Below, piece by piece: positions 1 to 10,333 of a stretch of DNA of 64,000 bases. Every line of letters begins with the position of its first letter. The stretch's first letter is position 1. Origin of the DNA: an uncultured Planctomycetia bacterium (lineage in GTDB: Bacteria; Omnitrophota; Gorgyraeia; 2-02-FULL-51-18); NCBI GenBank assembly GCA_964642015.1, contig CAZXLF010000002.1, positions 223,678 to 287,677 on the forward strand, given 5' to 3'. A program made the translations under genes and the position numbers. Below the pieces are notes generated by a model that saw only the letters and a list, made by a program, of their open reading frames with translations, was not told the origin of the DNA and did not search any database.

Positions 1-1
1 G

Positions 2-490
2 GATGAATTTTTATCCCGCAAGGTTCAGTTTGTGATCCTTGGAGAAGGCGACGGGCAATATCACACGACATTCAAGAATATAGAAGCGCGGCACAAGAAA
101 AACGCGTGCGTGCATTTGGGTTTTAAGTCCAAAGAAGCACATCAAATTTACGCCGGATGCGATTTTTTTCTGATGCCTTCGTTATTCGAACCATGCGGCC
201 TAGGCCAGCTGATCAGTCTGAAGTACGGCACAGTGCCGATCGTGAGAAGGACGGGAGGATTGGCGGATACGATCGTGGATTGTGACGCTGATCCGAAGAA
301 CGGGAACGGTTTTTCGTTCAGCGGTCGATTTTCAGGATCTTTTTTTCAGGCGATCGAACGCGCGTTGAAAGTTTATAAGGATAAAAAAAGATTCAGTAAG
401 CTTCAAAAGACAGGCATGAAAGCAGATTTTTCATGGTGTCACAGCGCTAAGGAATATTTGAAGCTGTACAAAGAAATTTTGTCGAACTAA
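2..490 (+). CDS. glgA: Glycogen synthase, C-terminal part (truncated by window edge)
   Basis: GT5 motifs MPSLFEPCGLGQL, YGTVPIVRRTGGLADT and DFSW; frame open from position 2. Confidence 0.9.
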   Translation, partial: DEFLSRKVQFVILGEGDGQYHTTFKNIEARHKKNACVHLGFKSKEAHQIYAGCDFFLMPSLFEPCGLGQLISLKYGTVPIVRRTGGLADTIVDCDADPKNGNGFSFSGRFSGSFFQAIERALKVYKDKKRFSKLQKTGMKADFSWCHSAKEYLKLYKEILSN

Positions 491-500
491 AAAGAACATC

Positions 501-526
501 GTCTCCGGGTATTTTTGACCGGAGAC
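501..526. other. Intergenic hairpin between glgA and coaE
   Basis: Perfect 8-bp inverted repeat GTCTCCGG...CCGGAGAC; no clear U-tract. Confidence 0.4.
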
Positions 527-546
527 CTTATAACAGGTTAGAGAAT

Positions 547-1155
547 ATGATAGTAGTCGGAGTGACCGGCAATCTTGCGTCCGGAAAGAGCGAGGTAGCC
601 ATGATATTGAAGAAAAGAGGCGCCAAGATTTTTGACGCTGATCTCGCGGCCAGAAATGTCGTCCAGGTCGGAAAACCCGTCTATAGAGCGATCGTCAAGA
701 TCTTCGGGAAGGCATACTTAAAAAAAGACCGCGCACTTGACCGTAAAAAACTGGCTGAGCGCGTGTTTTTGCATCCGTCAGAGCTAAAAAAGCTGAATAT
801 CCTGATCCATCCGGGTGTTATTTTTGAATGTTTTCAAATGATAGAGCGTTACAAGGATAAAAAAGGAGTCCTGGTCCTTGACGTGCCCTTGCTTTTTGAA
901 TCAAAGATGGAGAATCTTGCGGATTATACGATCGTCATCGATTCGAGCCGGAGCAAAATATTCAAACGCGCCAAAAAGAAAGGGCTTCCTGAAAATCTGG
1001 TAAAGAAAATACTTTCCGCTCAATGGCCGGTATCAAAAAAATCAAAACACGCGGATTTTGTGATAACGAACAATGGTACGGCAAAGCAATTAGAAAAAAA
1101 AGTTTGGGAGGTCATGGATAAAATAAAAAAGAAACATGCTTTAAACGGCAATTAA
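547..1155 (+). CDS. coaE: Dephospho-CoA kinase
   Basis: P-loop GVTGNLASGKS, LDRKKLA, HP and DVPLLFE motifs. Confidence 0.93.
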   Translation: MIVVGVTGNLASGKSEVAMILKKRGAKIFDADLAARNVVQVGKPVYRAIVKIFGKAYLKKDRALDRKKLAERVFLHPSELKKLNILIHPGVIFECFQMIERYKDKKGVLVLDVPLLFESKMENLADYTIVIDSSRSKIFKRAKKKGLPENLVKKILSAQWPVSKKSKHADFVITNNGTAKQLEKKVWEVMDKIKKKHALNGN

Positions 1156-1188
1156 AACAAAAATTTCAAACAAGGAGGAAAGAAGAAG

Positions 1189-2445
1189 ATGGACCTAGAT
1201 TTAGCAAAGCTTAAGAAAATGAAAATGTCGGATCTTAATGATCTGGCTCACAAGCTTCAGGTCAACGGCGTCAGCGGACTGAAGAAGCAGGATCTTATTT
1301 TTAAGATCCTTCAGGCGCAGCCCGAGAAGGACGGCGTGATGACCGGCGAAGGAGTGCTTGAGATCCTGCAGGACGGATTCGGATTCCTGCGCTCGCCGAA
1401 CTACAATTACCTGCCGTGCCCCGACGACATCTACGTTTCTCCATCGCAGATCAGAAAATTCAATCTGAGGACCGGAGATACTGTAGCAGGCCAGATACGT
1501 CCGCCAAAAGAGGGCGAGCGGTATTTCGCTATGTTGATGGTCGGAAAGGTGAATTTCGAATCTCCCGAAGAGGGCAAGGAGAAGATTTTATTTGATAACC
1601 TAACCCCTCTTTATCCGCGTGAGCGCTGGCAGCTTGAGTCGTCGCCTACGGAAGTTTCCACTAGGATCATGGACCTTTTGGCGCCGATAGGCAAAGGCCA
1701 GAGAGGTTTGATCGTTGCGCCACCATACAGCGGTAAGACGGTGCTTCTTCAGAAGATCGCCAATAGCATTACAACCAACCATCCTGAAGCCGTATTGATC
1801 GTGCTTCTGATCGATGAGCGCCCCGAAGAAGTCACCGATATGCAGCGTTCCGTGAAAGGCGAAGTGATAAGTTCTACCTTTGATGAGCCGGCTGAGCGCC
1901 ACGTGCAGGTAGCTGAAATGGTGCTGGAAAAAGCCAAAAGGCTTGTCGAGTGCAAAAAAGACGTTGTGATCCTGCTAGACAGCATTACACGTTTGGCAAG
2001 AGCTTACAACACGACAGTGCCTCATTCCGGAAAGATCCTTTCAGGCGGTGTGGATTCCAACGCGCTTCATAAGCCAAAGCGTTTCTTCGGCGCCGCGCGT
2101 GCTCTCGAAGAAGGCGGAAGTCTCACGATCATCGCGACGGCTTTGGTGGACACCGGCAGCCGCATGGACGAAGTGATCTTTGAAGAATTCAAAGGAACCG
2201 GCAACATGGAGCTTCAGCTCGACCGAAATCTCTTCCAGCGCCGCATTTATCCCGCCATCGATATCAAGCGTTCCAATACCCGTAAAGAGGAACTCTTGGT
2301 GCAGAATGATGATCTGGCAAAGATATGGATCTTGAGAAAGGTGCTGAATGAATTGAATAGCACCGAAGCGATGGAACTATTGATAGAGAAATTGTCGAAG
2401 ACAAAGACGAACAAGGATTTCTTGAAAAGCATGAATAAAGGTTAA
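1189..2445 (+). CDS. rho: Transcription termination factor Rho
   Basis: [29 protein letters not shown] and [11 protein letters not shown]; SD AGGAGG upstream. Confidence 0.98.
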   Translation: MDLDLAKLKKMKMSDLNDLAHKLQVNGVSGLKKQDLIFKILQAQPEKDGVMTGEGVLEILQDGFGFLRSPNYNYLPCPDDIYVSPSQIRKFNLRTGDTVAGQIRPPKEGERYFAMLMVGKVNFESPEEGKEKILFDNLTPLYPRERWQLESSPTEVSTRIMDLLAPIGKGQRGLIVAPPYSGKTVLLQKIANSITTNHPEAVLIVLLIDERPEEVTDMQRSVKGEVISSTFDEPAERHVQVAEMVLEKAKRLVECKKDVVILLDSITRLARAYNTTVPHSGKILSGGVDSNALHKPKRFFGAARALEEGGSLTIIATALVDTGSRMDEVIFEEFKGTGNMELQLDRNLFQRRIYPAIDIKRSNTRKEELLVQNDDLAKIWILRKVLNELNSTEAMELLIEKLSKTKTNKDFLKSMNKG

Positions 2446-2463
2446 AATAAAACGGAGAATAAA

Positions 2464-2670
2464 ATGAAAGATAAAATACATCCAAAATATTTTGATACCA
2501 CGATCACCTGTATCTGCGGGAACGTGATTCACACACGTTCAACAAAGCAGAATATCCGTGTCGAAATTTGCTCGAACTGCCACCCATTTTTCACCGGGAA
2601 GCAGAAATTTGTCGACAGCGCAGGACGCGTCGAGAAATTCCAGAAGAGATACGCTGCAAAAAAGAAGTAA
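2464..2670 (+). CDS. rpmE: 50S ribosomal protein L31 (Zn-binding type)
   Basis: IHPKY, Cx[13 protein letters not shown] and GRVEKF. Confidence 0.97.
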   Translation: MKDKIHPKYFDTTITCICGNVIHTRSTKQNIRVEICSNCHPFFTGKQKFVDSAGRVEKFQKRYAAKKK

Positions 2671-2717
2671 AAAGCGGTAAACTTAACCCGCTTCAACGGA
2701 TGTGCCGTTGAAAACGG

Positions 2718-2760
2718 GATTACACAGATCGGCTAGCTGCTGATCTGTGTAATCATTTTT
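2718..2760 (+). terminator. Probable intrinsic terminator/attenuator hairpin after rpmE
   Basis: GATTACACAGATC...GATCTGTGTAATC 13-bp perfect stem followed by ATTTTT. Confidence 0.6.
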
Positions 2761-2772
2761 GGAAAACTTCAG

Positions 2773-3834
2773 ATGAGATTTTTAAAGAAAGCCGAAGAAA
2801 AGGTCAGGCGCTTCAAAGAAGTTGAAGCGCTGCTGCAGGACCCGTCCGTGACTCAAGACCAGTCGCGCTTGAAGGACCTCGGAAAGGAATTCCGGTCGCT
2901 TCAGAAGGTCGCCGACCTTTATAAGGAGTATCTAAGCATCCAGGGCCAGATCGTTGAAGTGGAGCACATTTTAAAAGAAAAGAATCAATCTGCGGATCTT
3001 CTTTTGATGGCCAACCACGAAATGGAAACTCTTGAGAAGCGGAAAAAGGGAAACGTCCACGAGCTGGAAGCTCTGCTTATTCAGGATGACCCAATGCTTT
3101 CGAAGAACGCGATCCTGGAGATCAGGGCGGGGACAGGAGGGCTTGAAGCGGGACTATTCGCCGGCGATCTATTCAGAATGTACACCAAGTACGCTTCGGT
3201 TTGCGGCTTTAAAATGGAGGTGTTGTCGAGCTCGCCCAACGAAGCGGGAGGGTTCAAAGAAATTATCGCTTCGATAACGGGCCAAGGCGCTTACGGAAAA
3301 TTTAAATTTGAAAGCGGTACTCACCGCGTCCAGCGTGTTCCTGCAACCGAGGCGCAGGGGCGGATTCACACCTCAGCCGTGACCGTCGCCATATTGCCGG
3401 AAGCGGAAGAAGTGGATGTCGAGATAAAACAGGAAGATCTCCGGATTGATGTATTCCGTTCGGGCGGACCCGGCGGGCAAAGCGTCAATACTACCGATTC
3501 GGCGGTACGCATTACACATATTCCATCAGGCCTTGTTGTGAGTTGCCAAGATGAAAAATCACAATTAAAAAATAAACAAAAAGGTATGAAGATCCTGCGC
3601 GCCAGGCTTTTTGAAAAGATCACCAGTGAACGCAACGCGGAAATCGCTAAAACCAGAAAAGAACAGGTCGGTTCAGGCGACCGCAGCGAGAAGATCCGCA
3701 CATATAATTTTCCTGACCGCCGTGTGACGGACCACCGCGTCGGACTTACCGTCTATAATTTAGAAGCGGTGCTGGACGGTGAGATACAGGAATTTGTCGA
3801 TGCACTTTACGAAGTCGAACTTTCCAAAGGATGA
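2773..3834 (+). CDS. prfA: Peptide chain release factor 1
   Basis: GGQ motif, PAT (PxT) specificity tripeptide in RVPATE, and IRTYNFP. Confidence 0.97.
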   Translation: MRFLKKAEEKVRRFKEVEALLQDPSVTQDQSRLKDLGKEFRSLQKVADLYKEYLSIQGQIVEVEHILKEKNQSADLLLMANHEMETLEKRKKGNVHELEALLIQDDPMLSKNAILEIRAGTGGLEAGLFAGDLFRMYTKYASVCGFKMEVLSSSPNEAGGFKEIIASITGQGAYGKFKFESGTHRVQRVPATEAQGRIHTSAVTVAILPEAEEVDVEIKQEDLRIDVFRSGGPGGQSVNTTDSAVRITHIPSGLVVSCQDEKSQLKNKQKGMKILRARLFEKITSERNAEIAKTRKEQVGSGDRSEKIRTYNFPDRRVTDHRVGLTVYNLEAVLDGEIQEFVDALYEVELSKG

Positions 3835-3835
3835 G

Positions 3836-4726
3836 ATGAAGCAAGTCGATGCTGTGCATTCCAATGTATTGTTTCTCAAAAGTGTTGAAAAACGTCTGAG
3901 AGATTCGCATGTTGTATCCGCGCGGGCCGAAGCGGAGCAGATGATCCGTCATTACAGCGGTATCAACCGCATGGATATTTTTACCGGACAAAAAACAGTT
4001 TCACCGCTTGCCAGAAAGTCCATCGAAACGGCTTTGAAACAAAGGATTAAAGGGAAGCCTCTTTCTTATGTTCTGAAAGAAGCGGAGTTTTTTGGCCTGC
4101 GATTTTTTGTGAGTCCCGATACGCTTATCCCGAGGCCGGAGACCGAGATTTTGGTTGAGGAAGCATTGCAGATTCTGAAAACCCATTTTTCTAAAAACAG
4201 CCGTCCGGATATTCTGGATATAGGCACCGGTTCCGGCTGTATCGCTGTGAGTTTGACAATCCATAGGCCAGAATGTAGAATGACGGCTCTTGATATTTCT
4301 TCCAAGGCGCTTAAAATAGCCCGTAAGAACATCAATTATCATAAGTTAGGTAAAAAAGTTCGGATTCTAAAGAGCGATCTTTTCAGCGCTTTTAAGACGC
4401 GAAAAAAGGCTTGTTGGGATTTGATTGTTTCCAACCCTCCTTATGTTCCCGTTGAAGATCTCGGCGGATTATCGAAGGAAGTATTGTCAGAGCCTCGTAT
4501 TGCATTAAGCGGAGGCGACAAGGGATTTTCGGTCATTGACCGCATCTTGGATCAGGCGCACACTTTCTTAAAAGATAGAGGTTGGCTTTTATTCGAGATC
4601 GGAGATGGACAGGCCGGTATTTTGGCGGAAAAAATTTTGAAGGAAAAAAAGCTCATTAATCTTCGCTTCGCGAAGGATTTGAACGGCATAGACCGCGTGT
4701 TGATAGCACAAAAATGGACAAATTAG
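3836..4726 (+). CDS. prmC: Release factor glutamine methyltransferase
   Basis: LIPRPETE, LDIGTGSG and SNPPY; start chosen at the ATG just after the prfA stop. Confidence 0.93.
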   Translation: MKQVDAVHSNVLFLKSVEKRLRDSHVVSARAEAEQMIRHYSGINRMDIFTGQKTVSPLARKSIETALKQRIKGKPLSYVLKEAEFFGLRFFVSPDTLIPRPETEILVEEALQILKTHFSKNSRPDILDIGTGSGCIAVSLTIHRPECRMTALDISSKALKIARKNINYHKLGKKVRILKSDLFSAFKTRKKACWDLIVSNPPYVPVEDLGGLSKEVLSEPRIALSGGDKGFSVIDRILDQAHTFLKDRGWLLFEIGDGQAGILAEKILKEKKLINLRFAKDLNGIDRVLIAQKWTN

Positions 4727-5982
4727 TCGTTGAAGGAGGCCGGCGCCTCGAAGGAACGGTAGAGATCAGCGGAGCTAAAAACGCATCGCTGCCGATCTTA
4801 GCCGCGACGATATTGTCCAAAGAGCCGTCGGTTATAAAAAACGTCCCGCAAGTGGCGGATGTTTTCACAATGGTAAAGATTTTGAAATCGATCGGTGCCA
4901 AAGTTCAGCATTCAGGCAACACGGTTGAAGTGGATCCGAGCCCTATTCGTCACGCCGTGTTGACGTATAAACTTGTCAGTACGATGAGAGGTTCGATCTG
5001 TTTTTTAGGGCCGCTCTTGGCCAGGTTCGGCAGCGCCCAGGTTTCTTTCCCTGGAGGATGCGTGATCGGTCCCAGGCCGATTGATCTGCATTTAAAAGGT
5101 GTGCGCGCGCTCGGTGCTGAAATCACCCTAGAACACGGTTATGTGATAGCCAAAGCGCAAAAGTTAAAAGGCGCGCGGATTTATCTCGGCGGCGCTTTTG
5201 GTTCAAGCGTGTTGGGCACCGCAAACATCATGATGGCAGCTGTGTTGGCAAAAGGCAAGACGGTCATCGACAACGCGGCTTGTGAGCCCGAAGTTGTGGA
5301 TCTTGGAAATTTTCTTAAGAAAATGGGCGCGAAGATTGATGGATTAGGCTCCCCGTCGATCGAAGTGGAAGGTGTAAAAAAATTAAATGGCGCGACATAT
5401 TCCGTGATCCCCGACCGCATCGAAGCCGGCACTTATATGATCGCTTCAGCGATCACGAAGGGCGACATTACGATTAAGAATATGAATCTGAATATGCTTG
5501 GCGCGATGTTGGACAAATTGAGAGAGGCCGGTGTGATCGTCACGGAAAAGAACGGGCATGTGCGTGTGAGGCGTGAACGGGTGCTAAGGCCGGTTTCAGC
5601 GACCACACTTCCGTATCCGGGATTTCCGACGGACCTTCAAGCGCAGATGATGGCGCTGATGTGTGTAGTACCGGGGATCAGCGTGATCACTGAAAAAATT
5701 TATCCGGAGCGCTTTATGCATGTCAGCGAACTGAACCGCATGGGCGCGAATATCATGCTGGAAGGTCCCAGCGCGATCGTTAACGGAAGAAAAAGCTTGA
5801 GCGGAGCGCCGGTGATGGCTTCTGACCTTAGAGCTTCCGCGGCATTGGTTTTAGCAGGATTGGTGGCAGATGGTTATACGGAAATATCGCGCGTGTACCA
5901 TTTAGACCGCGGTTATGAAAGTTTAGTGGCAAAGCTGCAAAGTTTGGGCGCTAAAATCAGAAGAGAGAAGGATATTCGATGA
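4714..5982 (+). CDS. murA: UDP-N-acetylglucosamine 1-carboxyvinyltransferase
   Basis: GAKNA, PGGCVIGPRPIDLH (catalytic Cys retained), YPGFPTDLQAQ and HLDRGY. Confidence 0.97.
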   Translation: MDKLVVEGGRRLEGTVEISGAKNASLPILAATILSKEPSVIKNVPQVADVFTMVKILKSIGAKVQHSGNTVEVDPSPIRHAVLTYKLVSTMRGSICFLGPLLARFGSAQVSFPGGCVIGPRPIDLHLKGVRALGAEITLEHGYVIAKAQKLKGARIYLGGAFGSSVLGTANIMMAAVLAKGKTVIDNAACEPEVVDLGNFLKKMGAKIDGLGSPSIEVEGVKKLNGATYSVIPDRIEAGTYMIASAITKGDITIKNMNLNMLGAMLDKLREAGVIVTEKNGHVRVRRERVLRPVSATTLPYPGFPTDLQAQMMALMCVVPGISVITEKIYPERFMHVSELNRMGANIMLEGPSAIVNGRKSLSGAPVMASDLRASAALVLAGLVADGYTEISRVYHLDRGYESLVAKLQSLGAKIRREKDIR

Positions 5983-5988
5983 CATACG

Positions 5989-6036
5989 TGGTTAGCGGCG
6001 ATTGGTGTGCGTTTTGCGCAAATCGAAAACCGCTCA
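5989..6036. repeat. Intergenic hairpin element, copy A
   Basis: Reverse complement shares TGAGCGGTTTTCGAT and CGCTAACCA with 19784..19817. Confidence 0.65.
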
Positions 6037-6061
6037 CCAAAAACCAATAGGAGAGTTAAAT

Positions 6062-6310
6062 ATGGCAGTAGTGATTCGTTTGAAGACGATGGGCACAAAG
6101 AAAAAGATAAAGCACCGTATCGTGGTGACGGATTCCAAATTTCCGCGCGACGGGCGCTTTTTAGAGGAAGTAGGATATTGGGACCCTTCCAAGGAACCGC
6201 CGGTGGTGAGCGTTAAAGCTGACCGGGTGGCACATTGGATAAAGCAAGGCGCAAAGCCTTCCGAGACCGTGAAGTCTGTCCTGAAGAAGGCGGGAATTAA
6301 GCGCAGTTAA
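6062..6310 (+). CDS. rpsP: 30S ribosomal protein S16
   Basis: MAVVIRL, RIVVTDS, RDGRFLEEVGYWDP and GAKPSETV; SD GGAG before ATG 6062. Confidence 0.95.
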   Translation: MAVVIRLKTMGTKKKIKHRIVVTDSKFPRDGRFLEEVGYWDPSKEPPVVSVKADRVAHWIKQGAKPSETVKSVLKKAGIKRS

Positions 6311-6328
6311 AATTTTTTCGAGGTCAGC

Positions 6329-7033
6329 ATGAAAATAGACATCCTGACTTTATTTCCCGGAATGTTCGACGCGTTTGTTTCTCATTCAATGATCAAACGC
6401 GCGATCGCTAAAAAGGTCGTAGATATTCGAGTTCACGATCTGCGCGATTTCACGCATGACCGCCATCGAACCTGTGATGATAGGCCTTTCGGCGGAGGGC
6501 CGGGAATGCTGATGAAACCCGAACCGATCTTTGAAGCGTTAGAAAAGATCATCGGGAAAAAAGCTTTAGCTTACAAACGGAAAAGAACCAAGCAGCGCAT
6601 TATTTTTATGACGCCTCAAGGTGGCCGTTTTGATCAGGCTAAAGCGAAGAAATTGTCGGTTGCAGATCAGCTCATTTTTATTTGCGGTCACTATGAAGGT
6701 GTTGACCAACGGGTTATTGATGAACTGGTTACAGATGAGATCTCGATAGGCGATTATATATTGACCGGTGGCGAGCTTCCAGCGATGGTTGTAGCCGATT
6801 CGGTCGTCCGATTGCTTAAAGGGGTGCTGGGCAGGGAGGAATCAAAGGAATTTGAAACTTTCTCCCAAAATCTGCTAGAATACCCTCAGTACACACGCCC
6901 AGCGGCCTACCGCGGGCTTAAGGTTCCGAAGGTCCTGTTGTCAGGTGATCATCAGGCGATCAAGCAATGGAGGCAGAAAGAGGCTGTTAAGCGTACGCTT
7001 AAAAGACGGCCGGATCTATTGAAGAAACATTGA
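6329..7033 (+). CDS. trmD: tRNA (guanine-N1)-methyltransferase
   Basis: [32 protein letters not shown] and LEYPQYTRP. Confidence 0.97.
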   Translation: MKIDILTLFPGMFDAFVSHSMIKRAIAKKVVDIRVHDLRDFTHDRHRTCDDRPFGGGPGMLMKPEPIFEALEKIIGKKALAYKRKRTKQRIIFMTPQGGRFDQAKAKKLSVADQLIFICGHYEGVDQRVIDELVTDEISIGDYILTGGELPAMVVADSVVRLLKGVLGREESKEFETFSQNLLEYPQYTRPAAYRGLKVPKVLLSGDHQAIKQWRQKEAVKRTLKRRPDLLKKH

Positions 7034-7079
7034 GTTTATTTGGAGTAGGCTCAAAATTTTTTTAGAAGGAGTAATTAAG

Positions 7080-7454
7080 ATGCATCCCATGATAAAGGCA
7101 ATTGAAGACGAGCAATTAAAGAAAGACACGCCTCGTTTCCGGATCGGAGACAGCGTGCGCGTTTCCGTGAAGGTCGATGAAGGCGATAAAACGCGCACCC
7201 AGCTTTTTGAGGGTGTGGTCATCAAGAAACAAGGCGCCGGAGTTCGCGAAAATTTTACGGTCCGAAGGATCTCTTTCGGAGAAGGCGTGGAAAGGAACTT
7301 TCCGCTTCATTCACCGACGGTTCAGAAGATCGAAGTGGTACGCACCGGAAAGGTTCGCCGCGCGAAACTCTTTTACTTAAGACATCAATCAGGCAAGAAG
7401 GGTAAAATTGAAGAAGAGCGCAAGCGAGAAGAGGTCTCTTCTACAACAGCATGA
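7080..7454 (+). CDS. rplS: 50S ribosomal protein L19
   Basis: [20 protein letters not shown] and [12 protein letters not shown]. Confidence 0.97.
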   Translation: MHPMIKAIEDEQLKKDTPRFRIGDSVRVSVKVDEGDKTRTQLFEGVVIKKQGAGVRENFTVRRISFGEGVERNFPLHSPTVQKIEVVRTGKVRRAKLFYLRHQSGKKGKIEEERKREEVSSTTA

Positions 7455-8052
7455 CCAATCTTTCTTAGATCAGGGTTTCAGATCCCTGGCGGGAGTGGAT
7501 GAAGCAGGCCGAGGTCCTTTAGCGGGGCCGGTGGTTGCTTCAGCTGTGATCGTCAGGGATTTTTCATTTTCTTCACAGATCGATGATTCGAAGAAAATGA
7601 GCGCTTCCGCGCGGGATACCGCGTATAAAGAGATCCTGGAAAAATGCATGATCGGCATCGGGGTCGTAGAGCCGGAGGGCATTGATACACTGAATATTTT
7701 CCAGGCCACGATGAAAGCGATGCAGCAGGCGGTCGCGAAGCTGAAAGAAGCGCCCGAATGTCTTCTGATCGACGGACCGCATCATCCGGAACTCCCGTTC
7801 AAACAGTTCGCGATCGTGAACGGCGACGCATTATCTTTTTCGATCGCATGCGCGTCGGTTGTGGCGAAAGTGACGCGGGACCGTATGATGGATTATTATG
7901 ATGATCTTTTTCCGGAGTACGGATTCAGAAAACACAAGGGTTACGGCACCAAGCAGCATATTGATGCGCTCAAAAAAAATGGCCCGTGCCGGATCCATCG
8001 TAGAAGTTTTGAGCCGGTAAGATCTTTGGTGAAGAACGAAAAAAATCCCTAG
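7408..8052 (+). CDS. rnhB: Ribonuclease HII
   Basis: [34 protein letters not shown] and HKGYGT; TTG start overlaps the rplS 3' end (start uncertain). Confidence 0.93.
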   Translation: MKKSASEKRSLLQQHDQSFLDQGFRSLAGVDEAGRGPLAGPVVASAVIVRDFSFSSQIDDSKKMSASARDTAYKEILEKCMIGIGVVEPEGIDTLNIFQATMKAMQQAVAKLKEAPECLLIDGPHHPELPFKQFAIVNGDALSFSIACASVVAKVTRDRMMDYYDDLFPEYGFRKHKGYGTKQHIDALKKNGPCRIHRRSFEPVRSLVKNEKNP

Positions 8053-8055
8053 TTT

Positions 8056-9594
8056 ATGGAAACCCTTCTTATCATCGATTTTGGATCTCAGTACAATCAA
8101 TTGATCGCCCGACGTGTGCGCGAATCAAAGGTTTTCTGTGAGATCGTTCCGCCTTCGGTATCCATCGAATCTCTTAAGAAAAAAAATATACGCGGCATCA
8201 TCCTTTCCGGAGGTCCCGCCAGTGTTTATCAAAAAAATGCCCCGAAATTAAATCCCGAGTTTCTGAAATTAGGTGTTCCTGTGTTGGGTATTTGCTACGG
8301 CATGCAGGCCATTTCTTATCTTTTGGACGGGCATGTACGCCGTGCCAAACAAAGAGAATACGGCCGCGCCGAACTTTTCTTGTCTCCGAGGCCAGGCCGT
8401 CTTTTTCAGGGTGTACCCAGAAGATCCATATCTTGGATGAGTCACGGGGATTATGTGTCACGGATGCCGAAAGGATACGCTAGGACTGCGTCGACCAAAA
8501 ATACGCACGCGGCGGCATTCGAGAACCCGGCCGATAAAGTTTATGGAGTCCAGTTTCATCCTGAAGTTATGCACAGCCAGTACGGCGCACGCGTGATCAA
8601 AAACTTTTTATTCTCGATCTGCCATTTCAGAAAAATGTGGACGATGGAAAACTTCATTTATGAAGCGGTAAAAAAGATCAGGAATGAAGTCGGGAACGGC
8701 AAGGTGATCCTGGGTCTTTCGGGCGGGGTGGATTCTTCGGTCGCCGCCGCTCTTTTGTCCAAAGCGATCGGCAGGCGACTGGTCTGCATTTTTGTGAACA
8801 ACGGTCTTTTGAGAAAGAACGAGGAGATCGAAGTCCGCCGTGCATTCAAGGGACGGTTCAATTTGGACCTGCATGTTATCGATGCGTCAAAAATTTTCTT
8901 AAAGAAGCTCAAAGGCGTCACGGACCCTGAACGTAAACGAAAAATAATCGGCCACGAATTTATTTATGCGTTTGACCGCGAAGCCAAGAAGATCAAAGGG
9001 ATCTCTTTTTTAGCCCAGGGGACCTTGTATCCGGACGTGATCGAGAGCCGTTCCGCTTTTGGCGGGCCTACGGCGGTGATCAAATCCCACCACAATGTGG
9101 GCGGCCTTCCGGATAAAATGAAATTAAAATTGGTAGAACCGCTTCGCGAACTTTTTAAAGACGAGACAAGAGCGCTTGGGCGCACGCTTGGACTTCCCGA
9201 AACATTGGTAGGGCGCCACCCTTTTCCGGGACCGGGCCTTGCAGTCCGCGTAATAGGGGACATCACCGAGGAGAGGCTTCATATTCTGAAAGAAGCAGAC
9301 GCCCGTTTTATTGAAGAGATACGCAGGGTAGGACTTTACGATAAGATCTGGCAGGCGTTCGCCGTGTTGCTTCCCGTAAAAAGCGTCGGCGTTATGGGTG
9401 ATGAAAGGACGTACGAAAATGTGGTGGCCCTCCGCGCCGTTACGAGCGTAGATGGCATGACCGCCGATTGGTTCGAAATTCCGAAAGAGATCCTGGGAAA
9501 GATTTCCAATCGTATCATCAACGAAGTCAAAGGCGTCAACCGTGTTGTCTATGATGTGAGCTCTAAGCCGCCTGCGACGATCGAATGGGAATGA
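8056..9594 (+). CDS. guaA: GMP synthase (glutamine-hydrolysing)
   Basis: DFGSQY, GICYGMQ, QFHPEV, SGGVDS and KPPATIEWE. Confidence 0.98.
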   Translation: METLLIIDFGSQYNQLIARRVRESKVFCEIVPPSVSIESLKKKNIRGIILSGGPASVYQKNAPKLNPEFLKLGVPVLGICYGMQAISYLLDGHVRRAKQREYGRAELFLSPRPGRLFQGVPRRSISWMSHGDYVSRMPKGYARTASTKNTHAAAFENPADKVYGVQFHPEVMHSQYGARVIKNFLFSICHFRKMWTMENFIYEAVKKIRNEVGNGKVILGLSGGVDSSVAAALLSKAIGRRLVCIFVNNGLLRKNEEIEVRRAFKGRFNLDLHVIDASKIFLKKLKGVTDPERKRKIIGHEFIYAFDREAKKIKGISFLAQGTLYPDVIESRSAFGGPTAVIKSHHNVGGLPDKMKLKLVEPLRELFKDETRALGRTLGLPETLVGRHPFPGPGLAVRVIGDITEERLHILKEADARFIEEIRRVGLYDKIWQAFAVLLPVKSVGVMGDERTYENVVALRAVTSVDGMTADWFEIPKEILGKISNRIINEVKGVNRVVYDVSSKPPATIEWE

Positions 9595-9600
9595 TTTCGC

Positions 9601-10278
9601 TTGCATCTTATTTCAGCCGATCATGATCTGAACCTCTTCAGAGAATGTGAAAGATGTTTTTGGCTTCATTATAAGAGCCCCGTCCCTCGTTTTTACCACG
9701 AACCTTCTTTTTTTGAAACCGCATCCCGCTCGAAACTGCACGAACATTACGACAAATTCAGAAATTCGCTTCCGCCGGAAATGTCCGGCCGTATGGACGG
9801 CATCCTGTTGGACGACACTCAATTGATCGGTCATTGGAGGGATGCGCAAAGAGGCCTCCGACACAGCGACTCCGTGCTGAGTGCCGTGCTTTGTGGCACG
9901 ATGGATGACTGTCTTATTAATGATAACGAATATTACGTCCCGATCGAATTTCAAATGGCGTTCAGAGAACTCGAAGACGATGAATTAAAGGCAAGGCAAT
10001 CATTTTTAGACAGTCTCATCTATTTATTGACGACGAACGGATATAAAACGTTGGAATTTGGCTACGTTGTTTGTTATTTTCCCGAGTCGGTTTCACATCA
10101 AGCCGCGCTGACACTGCGGTCAAAAGTTCTTCGGCTTGACACAGACATGATGAGAGCCGAGAGAGTGTTCTACGAAGCCTCCGACCTTTTACGTCAAAAG
10201 AGCATCCCTGAGTCAGGTGGCGGTTGCCCTTATTGCATATGGCTTAAGGCGCGATCGACTGTCGAACGCAAAAAATAA
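9601..10278 (+). CDS. PD-(D/E)XK nuclease-fold protein with N- and C-terminal CxxC, catalytic motif degenerate
   Basis: LNLFRECERCFWL, GTMDDCL, PIEFQ (usually DYK) and CPYC; TTG start. Confidence 0.6.
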   Translation: MHLISADHDLNLFRECERCFWLHYKSPVPRFYHEPSFFETASRSKLHEHYDKFRNSLPPEMSGRMDGILLDDTQLIGHWRDAQRGLRHSDSVLSAVLCGTMDDCLINDNEYYVPIEFQMAFRELEDDELKARQSFLDSLIYLLTTNGYKTLEFGYVVCYFPESVSHQAALTLRSKVLRLDTDMMRAERVFYEASDLLRQKSIPESGGGCPYCIWLKARSTVERKK

Positions 10279-10295
10279 AAATTATTCTCTTTAAC

Positions 10296-10324
10296 TTGCA
10301 CGGATTCAAATACAGCATTAAAAT
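10296..10324 (+). promoter_or_regulatory. Sigma70-type promoter for dnaE
   Basis: TTGCAC-17 bp-TAAAAT. Confidence 0.55.
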
Positions 10325-10333
10325 AGACACGCC

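Noticed and set aside
9601-10278. Cas4-like protein as evidence of a CRISPR-Cas system
   Set aside because: Solo gene in a housekeeping context, Cys spacing differs from Cas4, and there is no array or cas1/cas2.
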